Source: a virus. Taken from it: DNA of 64,000 nt. Shown one piece after another: positions 9,792 through 17,519 of the stretch (its first letter is position 1; each line of letters begins with the position of its first letter). The position numbers and the translations under genes are program-made. The stretch lies in the IMG/VR virus record IMGVR_UViG_3300010885_020282, positions 1-64,000 of that record. The stretch is one strand, 5' to 3'. The notes below the pieces were generated by a model. That model saw only the letters and a list, made by a program, of their open reading frames with translations, was not told the DNA's origin and made no database searches.

Positions 9792-9948
9792 TATCAAAAC
9801 AGAAGCTCTCAAGATGTGTTGGTACATGCGTGGCGGAATATCATTTGAAGAAATCATGCACATGAGTAACGCAGAGCGTGACTTGATTGGTACCATAGTA
9901 AAAGAAAACTTAGATACTACAAAGAAAACAGGATTAGCATTTTTCTAA
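9772..9948 (+). CDS. gp51-like small chaperone segment, probably also expressed as a -1 frameshift fusion to the upstream ORF
   Basis: WYMRGGISFEEIMHMSNAERDLI resembles the short T4-like gp51 family; frame is open back through the slippery site at 9712-9718. Confidence 0.65.
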   Translation: MEKEAASIKTEALKMCWYMRGGISFEEIMHMSNAERDLIGTIVKENLDTTKKTGLAFF

Positions 9949-10451
9949 TGGACATAGAAAAAGTCAAACAAGATATCGAGCATTGGATTGTAAACTTTGT
10001 GGAAGTTCCTCATCCGTCGCTAGGCGGATTTCCACCTTGTCCTTATGCACGGTCAGCACGGCTAAAGCAAAGCTACGAAGTTTTCATTGGCAGCGATCCT
10101 TACTTTGATCTCAAGAATCGTGCTAGACACGGCATGGGCAACAAGGAAGTAATTGTATATGCTTATGATCCTGTAGAATGGCCACATGAGCTATTTGCTG
10201 CCAGTTTAGATCATGCTAACCGAGACTTTTTGTTGGCTGCTGATCTGTTAACACTAGAAGATCACCCCGATGATGTTGAAATAGTCAACGGTATCTGCAT
10301 GAATCAAGGCACTTATGCACTTGCTTTGGTGCAGAGCCTTAGCGATCTTGATGCCAAAGCAAAGCTTATGGCACGAAAAGGATTTTACGATTCATGGCCA
10401 GAAGATTATCTAACAGACTTGTTCCAGCATAGACAGGACCCTCGTTTATGA
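9948..10451 (+). CDS. Hypothetical protein, DUF1415-like
   Basis: HWIVNFVE...PPCPYARSA and a later DHP motif resemble the DUF1415 CPFA/FHP motifs; TAATG-coupled to the previous ORF. Confidence 0.5.
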   Translation: MDIEKVKQDIEHWIVNFVEVPHPSLGGFPPCPYARSARLKQSYEVFIGSDPYFDLKNRARHGMGNKEVIVYAYDPVEWPHELFAASLDHANRDFLLAADLLTLEDHPDDVEIVNGICMNQGTYALALVQSLSDLDAKAKLMARKGFYDSWPEDYLTDLFQHRQDPRL

Positions 10452-10879
10452 CTTATCAGTTTGCTAGAATCAACTTGGAAAAAACCACTTATCAACCCAC
10501 TGTGGATTGGTACTATATCACCAAACCCGATGTTGCTGAACTACAAGACATTTACCGAACGTATTGCATCTACAAACACTTTGCCAGTGTGATGCCGTTG
10601 TTTGACAGCCAGTTCACAGAACCCGGTATAGACCTTATTGGCTACAGAGATCAGGGAGAACTGGTAGCGTTTTCCATGATGAAACGTTACGATGACAAAA
10701 ATTTATTAGCCGCACAATTTGCTTGGAACTATCGTAAACCTAAACTACGTTTGGGTATCTCAAGTTTACAAACAGAATGTGCAATCTACAGAGAGCGTGG
10801 ATTCCAGTACTTGTACCTGGATCAAGCGCACCTGTACAAACAGGACCTTGAAGGTTTTGAAATACTAGGACCACTATAA
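10448..10879 (+). CDS. Aminoacyl-tRNA-protein transferase C-terminal-domain-like protein (ATE_C/Bpt, GNAT fold)
   Basis: ELQDIYRTYCIYKH, GYRDQGELVAFS, LRLGISSLQTEC, GFQYLYL...YK parallel the ATE_C motifs. Confidence 0.6.
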   Translation: MTYQFARINLEKTTYQPTVDWYYITKPDVAELQDIYRTYCIYKHFASVMPLFDSQFTEPGIDLIGYRDQGELVAFSMMKRYDDKNLLAAQFAWNYRKPKLRLGISSLQTECAIYRERGFQYLYLDQAHLYKQDLEGFEILGPL

Positions 10880-10880
10880 C

Positions 10881-11219
10881 ATGGCAGACATTTACACAAT
10901 TTGGGCAGACAAAGAAGGCGACATCTCAGACTTAGACTGGGTCAACGGCATGAAAAGTTTCTTTGAACATTTGAAATTTGAAGGCAAGCTGGAAGACTAT
11001 CGCATCACTAGATGCAAGATGGGATTCCGTTCAATTGCAGACATGCCAGAATGGATGATACTCATGGAGTTCCGGGACATGGCTCAGATGGATCTAGCAT
11101 TCAAACGTGTTGCACCTCTCGCAGGTGAACTAGAAGCCAAACACAAATCATTCAATCAATTTGTTTCAGGCACAATACAACATGCATTGTTCCGTGATTG
11201 GCCTGATACGTTTGTATAA
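10881..11219 (+). CDS. Hypothetical protein, DUF6614-like (dimeric alpha/beta barrel)
   Basis: DIYTIWAD...YRITRCKMGF...PEWMILMEFRDMAQMDLAF...H pattern. Confidence 0.5.
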   Translation: MADIYTIWADKEGDISDLDWVNGMKSFFEHLKFEGKLEDYRITRCKMGFRSIADMPEWMILMEFRDMAQMDLAFKRVAPLAGELEAKHKSFNQFVSGTIQHALFRDWPDTFV

Positions 11220-12283
11220 TGCAACCCATATGCGTGGTTAGTTCGTCCCCGGTTGGATGCACATTCCTTGACTGGAGTTTGCATTTTCTTTCAGGACAAG
11301 ATCAATACTACCATGTTGAACAGCAACAGTGGAGGCCTTTGTCACAATCGCCCCTGAGCAAACTCAATGCACACGGGCATGCTAAAAATCACCCCAATGG
11401 CTTAGATATCACACGTATTTTTGCCATGTCCATTGAGCTTGAACAACAAAAAGCAGATAACCATGACAAACTGTTTTCATTTTATTCCGCGCCTATGACC
11501 ATGCGAATAGCATCCAAGAGAGCAGGAGCAAATAGTTTTAATGAGTTTAGTGACCCAACTACATTAGCACGAGCCCAATCTCTTATCAAGCAGGACTTTG
11601 TTGATATGATACAGCATTGCTTAGATACCAATATCAATGTAGTGTATGTGCAACCGGATAATACTGCAATAACTGCACAGTGGAGATTCCGCAACGATAA
11701 TCGATTGTTTAACAATGGGCTAACTGCTACCCCAGACGAACAACAACAAGAATTTCAAAATGCGTTTTTTAGCAAAAGCCAAACTAGCTGGGCAAGTCAA
11801 GGATTAACAGAAGTATGGGATCAACGAGAACGCATAGCATTGGATTTTAGGCCGTTTGATACAGACAAGTTTTTGCTTGATCAGGATGTTGGGTTTAATA
11901 AACCACACCAACGTATTAGTAGTTTAGATTTGTGGATAAACACAGAGGAAACAACACTAGGGGCGTTGCAACAACTTGGATTACCAATTAACACCCAGAG
12001 ACGCCAGGCCTGGCAATTGATTGCACAACAATGGCAAAAGATGCATTTGCAAAATATCAAATTCTATCATGAAATTGATCATATAGTAAAAGCCATTGTC
12101 AATGGTTGGTATTACAATATAGGCGATCTTGAATTAATACAAGAAGCAATCATACAGCATTGTTTGATTTACAAACACAATCTCAATTTAAAAACGTGGG
12201 GATTATCAAAGTTTCCACGCAACACACAAGACTTACATGTGTTATTGGAAGATAACATTCATACAGTACCAGTTATCTATTAA
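11219..12283 (+). CDS. Hypothetical protein, possibly sulfotransferase/P-loop-like fold
   Basis: 354-aa ORF; N-terminal beta-strand plus SSSPVGCTFL loop; shares motifs with 16719..17519. Confidence 0.55.
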   Translation: MQPICVVSSSPVGCTFLDWSLHFLSGQDQYYHVEQQQWRPLSQSPLSKLNAHGHAKNHPNGLDITRIFAMSIELEQQKADNHDKLFSFYSAPMTMRIASKRAGANSFNEFSDPTTLARAQSLIKQDFVDMIQHCLDTNINVVYVQPDNTAITAQWRFRNDNRLFNNGLTATPDEQQQEFQNAFFSKSQTSWASQGLTEVWDQRERIALDFRPFDTDKFLLDQDVGFNKPHQRISSLDLWINTEETTLGALQQLGLPINTQRRQAWQLIAQQWQKMHLQNIKFYHEIDHIVKAIVNGWYYNIGDLELIQEAIIQHCLIYKHNLNLKTWGLSKFPRNTQDLHVLLEDNIHTVPVIY

Positions 12284-12705
12284 AGATGTACTTCGTACAT
12301 CTGTTCTTCGCTTACGCTCGAACTGTTTCTTGACTTCAGTATCATCTAGATTCTTTGGTCATACTTGCCCGTTGCCGGGCAAGATCTGACATCATCCGAG
12401 TTCGAACAGTCATCTAGTATTAGAGAATTTGTCTTTCTTAGAAGTACAACTGTGAGTGGAATTGTACTTGTTACAAAGACAGCAGAGGCGGTTGTGCGGT
12501 ACCTCTTATCTCAGCCTTGTCTCACAACGGAGCGCAGTTGATCCCATACTAGCGAAATCACTTGCGGACGGGTTGTATCTATTTCACAGAGCCCGAATCA
12601 TTTAGCCTAAGTTAGCTTGTCCTTTGACGCCCAAGTCTGAATATGGTATCTCACATATCCTCAATGGGGTTGGGTCATGTCACCCAACACAGTGTCTATT
12701 AGAAA
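12284..12705 (-). ncRNA. Putative large structured non-coding RNA (alternatively a structured DNA element or origin)
   Basis: Largest non-coding gap in the window; at least six hairpins, GNRA loops on the minus strand, and a 7-bp long-range pairing (12414-12420 with 12546-12552). Confidence 0.55.
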
Positions 12706-13134
12706 TTAAATTTTGTTTAAAATGTGACTGCCATGCACACGTACTTGTATGTGGCCGTTGTAATAATCTGTTGACTCTAATACTTTTCTTGCAAATTGTT
12801 CACGAGCCTCAATGTAACTACATTCTGACTTGCTTTTGCAATAGTAAAGTATTTCTCTGGAGAAGTTTTCGGTGCCTAATTGTTCAGTGTCTTTGGTTAG
12901 CTCAGGGCTTGAGCCCCAATACTCTCGCCAGTCTGAATCGACTTTTGATCGTATTTTCTTTTTCTTCTTCGTGCCGTTCTTTTGTTTTACAGTTTTGTAA
13001 GTTGTTTTTGAGAACTTAGCTAGTTTTTTGCCTATGTACTTGCGACCAGATAGATTATTTGTGATTAAGTAAACAAAGCCCACACATTCATCGGGTAGAG
13101 TCTCCACTGGGGTGTTTTGAAAATACCATGTCAT
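12706..13134 (-). CDS. Small stand-alone GIY-YIG family nuclease (Seg-like)
   Basis: GFVYLITN...RKYIGKK, YWGSS, FSREIL, EAREQF, YYNG; Lys-rich insert KQKNGTKKKKKIR. Confidence 0.85.
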   Translation of the reverse strand: MTWYFQNTPVETLPDECVGFVYLITNNLSGRKYIGKKLAKFSKTTYKTVKQKNGTKKKKKIRSKVDSDWREYWGSSPELTKDTEQLGTENFSREILYYCKSKSECSYIEAREQFARKVLESTDYYNGHIQVRVHGSHILNKI

Positions 13135-13190
13135 GCTGTGTGTTTTTGTTTTGCATTGTAGTTATAGTGTAGTTGCCTGTGTGGTAAAAT

Positions 13191-14210
13191 TTACCATTCT
13201 GTTGTGTGATCAGCATCAGACAAACGTGCGGGTGTACATTTGGTCTGACATTCTAAGCTGTCGAAGCGCAGAAAATCTGTGCTCCAGAACGGATCTTGTA
13301 AAATTTCGTTGAATGTTCGGTGATTGAGATTGAATTGAGATTCTGCCAGTTGATGCCAGTTTGAGTTGTGTTCGTAACGATTGGCAGTCCAACAGCAAGG
13401 GTAAAATTCTCCCCGACTGTTTAAAAACACGCCTTTGTTGCCTATCATACAGATGCCCGAATAGTTGCCTAATTGTGTTGCTCGTTTTTGAAATTCAATT
13501 CGAAGTTCCTGTCCCGGCCTGACTTTTGAGGTCAAGGCAGTTACCACACGTTCATATCTGTGTGCAGACGCCACTAATGCAGAGTCAGAGGGTTCTAGTA
13601 AATCTCTAGTGCCATAGGCACTGGGGTATTTACTACCAAATTTTGTGGATTTTGTTAGCTGAAAACAGTCAAAATTTTGTTCTTTTGCTAGAGTTTTCAT
13701 GTGCTCTAACTGGTGCTGATTGAAGTTAAATGCAATTGAATCGCACACTCTATAAGTGGCAGAGTTGTGTGTAAAAAATTCCTGTATGCCTTGCTGTATT
13801 GATTGCCAGTTGGAATTAACACGGTATTTTTCATTGCTGGCTTGATCCCAGCCATCTAGACTCCAGTGTATTTCGTCTCGATTTGTCAATATGCCTGCTA
13901 GTGACTGCCACCACTGTGGCGTTTTATAGCTGCCGTTTGTTATGATCACAAGTTCTATGCTTGGGCTTGTTTGTTTAAGCCACTCGCAAATTTCTAAAAA
14001 TTCTCGACAGTATATGGGGTCGCCGTCGTTGCCGCAAAATGTAATTTTGCGTATTTGTTGAACAACATCAGCACCCAGTTGATGCTTAAAAAATGCCAAG
14101 GATAGTTGTCGATTTAACAAACTTTCAGGAACCTCAGCACGTGGGCACCTGGGGCACTTTAGTGTGCAGATGCTCGATAACTCAACGTGCCAATGGTCCC
14201 ACTTGATCAT
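13191..14210 (-). CDS. Radical SAM protein with C-terminal Twitch/SPASM-like domain
   Basis: CTLKCPRC, GNDGDP, TNGS, SLDG; C-terminal C...G.FYPCCW...CQTKC. Confidence 0.9.
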   Translation of the reverse strand: MIKWDHWHVELSSICTLKCPRCPRAEVPESLLNRQLSLAFFKHQLGADVVQQIRKITFCGNDGDPIYCREFLEICEWLKQTSPSIELVIITNGSYKTPQWWQSLAGILTNRDEIHWSLDGWDQASNEKYRVNSNWQSIQQGIQEFFTHNSATYRVCDSIAFNFNQHQLEHMKTLAKEQNFDCFQLTKSTKFGSKYPSAYGTRDLLEPSDSALVASAHRYERVVTALTSKVRPGQELRIEFQKRATQLGNYSGICMIGNKGVFLNSRGEFYPCCWTANRYEHNSNWHQLAESQFNLNHRTFNEILQDPFWSTDFLRFDSLECQTKCTPARLSDADHTTEW

Positions 14211-15970
14211 GCTAGATCTACATCCGTGTTATAACTTGTAAAGCCGTTTTCTTTGACCACACGTAAAATATTTTCAACTCGTCCAGCAAGCTCGTCTCGA
14301 TGGCTCACAAGCCAAATAGATTTGTGTCGTTCGCGACTCATTTTCTTTAGCAAGGCCAAGCTGTTCTCAACGCCAGACGCATCCATGCCTGAATCTACCA
14401 ACTCGTCAATAAACAGCACGTTAATGGGATAATATAAACTTTCCCACACATCACGGAATGCCCATGACATTGACAGGATCAGCCGATTGCGTTCACCACG
14501 TGATAAGTTATCAAAATCCAAATCTCGACCCAGTTCACTAATTTCAACCGACAAGTCATTTTGAAATATCACTTGATGTGGCAAACCAATACGATCCAAG
14601 TAGTGTGTGAGCCTGTTGTTGAGATAACTTAAATTCTGTTCAATAATTTTCTTGCGAATGAAACTATCTTTGTTGGTCAGCAACTTTAACAAGAAATCTT
14701 GATGCTCTTGTGTACGTGTTAGATCGTTTAGTGTGTCATAGCTGACAACTTGCAATGCTTGACCTTGCATGTCTACAATTTGTTCACTGTAGGGATCAGT
14801 TTCGGCTTCTCGAGTTGTTAAATCTCTGCGCAAAGTTTCTAGACTGTTGCGGTGATTCAGTGCATCTTCTAAACAGTCATAGAACACAGTGGGTGCAACT
14901 CCTAGTGCACCCAATTCAATCAGCACCGCTTCATGTTCGGCTCGTTGCGTGTCGTTGGCCAACAGTTGTAGTGCAGTTTCTTGTAGAGTTTTTTGTCTTT
15001 CGGCTTTTACAACATCAAGGCTGTTGTCGTGAATTTCAGTTCCGCATGCAAAACACTTGTGATCGGCCATCTGCTCTAGATCTTTTTTCAACTGTTCGCA
15101 AGTTTTGTTTAGCTTGACATCATCAGCGGTAATTTGTCGTATCCACTTGTTGGCATCGTCAATTGATTTTTTCTTGACGTGGAACACTTCTAGATCTCGG
15201 TGCGACTGTATTTCGGAATCAATATCAATGTGCTCTAGACTACTGATAGCTGACCTCAATTGATCACAATCTTCGCTTTGTTTCTTGAGCCACATGGTTT
15301 GTCGTTTACGCAAACTTTCAATTTGTTCTTCGATGCGTTTGTTGGCTTCTTGTACTGCTCGGATGCGCATTTCTTCTTGTGCAATACTATCCTTTGTGAG
15401 CCGGTTGATCTCTTTGATTCGATCAGCACGTTCACTTAACAAAGTAATCCCCAACAACTGCTCAATAATCACACGTTGGTCATTTGCCTTGAGACTTAAA
15501 AAAGGTTCAGTATAAGTGTTTAAGGCCAACACATGCTTGAACATGTCGTGTGTCATGCCCAAGGTACGTTCAATTGCATCTTGTGTTTCTCGACTGTCGC
15601 CTTGTGCGTCATCAGTTGCAGTTTGTTCTTCACTGTTGACATAAAATTTAAGTACATTGGGTTTGCGTCCACGTTCTACCCTAAACTCGCGACCATTAAC
15701 AGCAAACTCCAAACTAACCAACATATTTTTGCCATTGGTTTTGTTTATGAGATTGTCTTTTTTGATGTTGGTCAATGCTTGTCCGTACAAGGCATAACTT
15801 AGTGCATTGATGATTGTGGTCTTGCCAGTACCATTGCGTGACCCGTCCCCGCCAAGATCGAGATTTTCCCCTAGTACCAAGGTCAAGTCTCGACGATCAA
15901 AGTCAATGGCTTGTGTGGCATTGCCTACACTCATGAAGTTTTTAACAGTTAAGTCTCGAATATGGATCAT
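14207..15970 (-). CDS. gp46: Recombination ATPase subunit (gp46 / SbcC / Rad50-like)
   Basis: Walker A NGTGKTT, coiled coil, zinc hook CFAC, signature LSRGE, Walker B FIDE, SH switch. Confidence 0.95.
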   Translation of the reverse strand: MIHIRDLTVKNFMSVGNATQAIDFDRRDLTLVLGENLDLGGDGSRNGTGKTTIINALSYALYGQALTNIKKDNLINKTNGKNMLVSLEFAVNGREFRVERGRKPNVLKFYVNSEEQTATDDAQGDSRETQDAIERTLGMTHDMFKHVLALNTYTEPFLSLKANDQRVIIEQLLGITLLSERADRIKEINRLTKDSIAQEEMRIRAVQEANKRIEEQIESLRKRQTMWLKKQSEDCDQLRSAISSLEHIDIDSEIQSHRDLEVFHVKKKSIDDANKWIRQITADDVKLNKTCEQLKKDLEQMADHKCFACGTEIHDNSLDVVKAERQKTLQETALQLLANDTQRAEHEAVLIELGALGVAPTVFYDCLEDALNHRNSLETLRRDLTTREAETDPYSEQIVDMQGQALQVVSYDTLNDLTRTQEHQDFLLKLLTNKDSFIRKKIIEQNLSYLNNRLTHYLDRIGLPHQVIFQNDLSVEISELGRDLDFDNLSRGERNRLILSMSWAFRDVWESLYYPINVLFIDELVDSGMDASGVENSLALLKKMSRERHKSIWLVSHRDELAGRVENILRVVKENGFTSYNTDVDLA

Positions 15971-16722
15971 GCAGGTTTATTTGGTAATGATTCTTGGTAA
16001 TGCTTATACAGCATAGTCTCAACGGCAGCAAGCTCACGCTCAGATCGCCAGGGCAAATTTAAATATGGCATAATGAATTGTTTGATAAAATCATAATGTA
16101 TCAACGGAATAGGCTGGGTAATCCCCAAATCTAAATCGCTAAATTTGCTGTGGTATCTAAAGTCATGCATTCCTTTGAAAGGAGTGTGCCAACTCCAGTT
16201 AATGTCGTTTGCAACATTGTGTTCTAGATACAAACTATCCCATGTTAGCATAAATCGATAATTGACTTGATGTTGGTTAATCAACAGTTTAGCATAGTCA
16301 ATAAACAATTGCGACCTTAATTGGTGCTGAGACAATGAGATATATGTTCTATGATAATCTTGCACTTTGGTAACTTTTGAACTGCTTGACAACCAAAAAT
16401 CATGATTTTTTAATTTTACAACATTGTCATGATATACTGGATCACTTGATATAACCTCCTGCCACGCTTGGTTGGATGCATCCAGTACTAGATCCAATCG
16501 GTTGGGTATAGTCCACTGTAGCAATACTGCATCCGATGATGCAATATGTTGTTTCAGTACATTGACCAAATACTCGTTACCGGCACCGTATCTAGAAAAG
16601 TCACAGACTGTGAGATCATGAGTCATCAACTCGATAATTTTTGGCCACTTATAGTATGTTGGATACCAGTTGGGTACCGCAACACTGTCGCCAAATCCAT
16701 CTGCTAATGTCAACAAGTTCAC
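15967..16722 (-). CDS. Hypothetical protein, degenerate SGNH-like fold
   Basis: LLTLADGF, SRYGAGNEY, VLLQWT..NRLD; paralogous to 53230..53931. Confidence 0.55.
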   Translation of the reverse strand: MNLLTLADGFGDSVAVPNWYPTYYKWPKIIELMTHDLTVCDFSRYGAGNEYLVNVLKQHIASSDAVLLQWTIPNRLDLVLDASNQAWQEVISSDPVYHDNVVKLKNHDFWLSSSSKVTKVQDYHRTYISLSQHQLRSQLFIDYAKLLINQHQVNYRFMLTWDSLYLEHNVANDINWSWHTPFKGMHDFRYHSKFSDLDLGITQPIPLIHYDFIKQFIMPYLNLPWRSERELAAVETMLYKHYQESLPNKPA

Positions 16723-17519
16723 TTTATTAAATCTCGTATTTGATCAGTATTGGTAAAAAAATCAGCAAAGTCGTTATGTGGGACTTCAATTTTGTATCGC
16801 AACCAAATATAATAATATATCACAGCCTGAGTCCAGATGTCTGTGATGTGTGTTAGATCTTCTGAGTACTTGGTTACTAAAGATGATACAACTCTATCGG
16901 CAATCCTAACTGGGTCAAAATATCTAGCATTTGACTTGCGCCAATCAAACCACAGATCATGACAGTGTTCTATTTTTGCAACAGCATTTACTGCACTAAA
17001 AAATTCGTCATAGTCATCGTACAGTTCTTCTATATACAATGCATTATCATCTTCGGACTTCCATGCACTCCTGAGGTCATGGTCTCGCAAAAATAAAAAA
17101 TATTTTTCTCGTTGTGCCCAGGGCATGTTTGTCCCCCAGTCATCAACTGGCAACTGATTCTCAATACTGCTACCCATGGCTTTCTCAATCATGGTACGAG
17201 CAACTATTGGCCAACTACGATCAGAATAGCAGATCTTCACAAGAGTTGAATCGGGGAAAGTAAGTTTAAACTGTTCAGACTCGTTGTTGATGCCATTGTC
17301 AATTAACACACAATAGTTTTTATCGGCAAGGAATTCAATTCCGCCTGGCCAGCAATCGTGCAAATATTTAGGAACTACTAAATCAAGATTGTGACTGTTT
17401 CCGTTGGTGGAGAATGCTAGATGATTTTTTGGTCTAACAAAGCTTTTGCCGTGCAATGTTAATACAGCATTGATAAAGTGGCCGAACCCGCCCGACGGAT
17501 ACCAAACACAATAAATCAT
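16719..17519 (-). CDS. Hypothetical protein, possibly sulfotransferase/P-loop-like
   Basis: VWYPSGGFGHF N-terminal loop, GNSH, W.QRE; ATGA overlaps on both sides. Confidence 0.55.
   Translation of the reverse strand: MIYCVWYPSGGFGHFINAVLTLHGKSFVRPKNHLAFSTNGNSHNLDLVVPKYLHDCWPGGIEFLADKNYCVLIDNGINNESEQFKLTFPDSTLVKICYSDRSWPIVARTMIEKAMGSSIENQLPVDDWGTNMPWAQREKYFLFLRDHDLRSAWKSEDDNALYIEELYDDYDEFFSAVNAVAKIEHCHDLWFDWRKSNARYFDPVRIADRVVSSLVTKYSEDLTHITDIWTQAVIYYYIWLRYKIEVPHNDFADFFTNTDQIRDLIK

Noticed and set aside
12335-12420. CRISPR or TIGR-like repeat array from the three TCATC(T/C)(A/G) near-repeats
   Set aside because: Only three short copies with irregular spacing (50 and 18 nt), and no Cas or Nop-domain gene nearby.
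12284-12705. tRNA, tmRNA, RNase P RNA, group I/II intron or hammerhead identity for the structured region
   Set aside because: No cloverleaf/CCA end, no GAGGAAAGUCC, no recognisable P7 or domain V, no CUGAnGA/GAAA core. The flanking genes are convergent and complete, so there is no split exon.
12624-13019. 131-aa plus-strand ORF
   Set aside because: Antisense shadow of the GIY-YIG gene, TTG start, no recognisable motifs.
12706-13134. Calling the GIY-YIG gene a mobile homing endonuclease element
   Set aside because: It is not inside an intron and lacks the usual C-terminal DNA-binding modules; mobility cannot be shown from this window.
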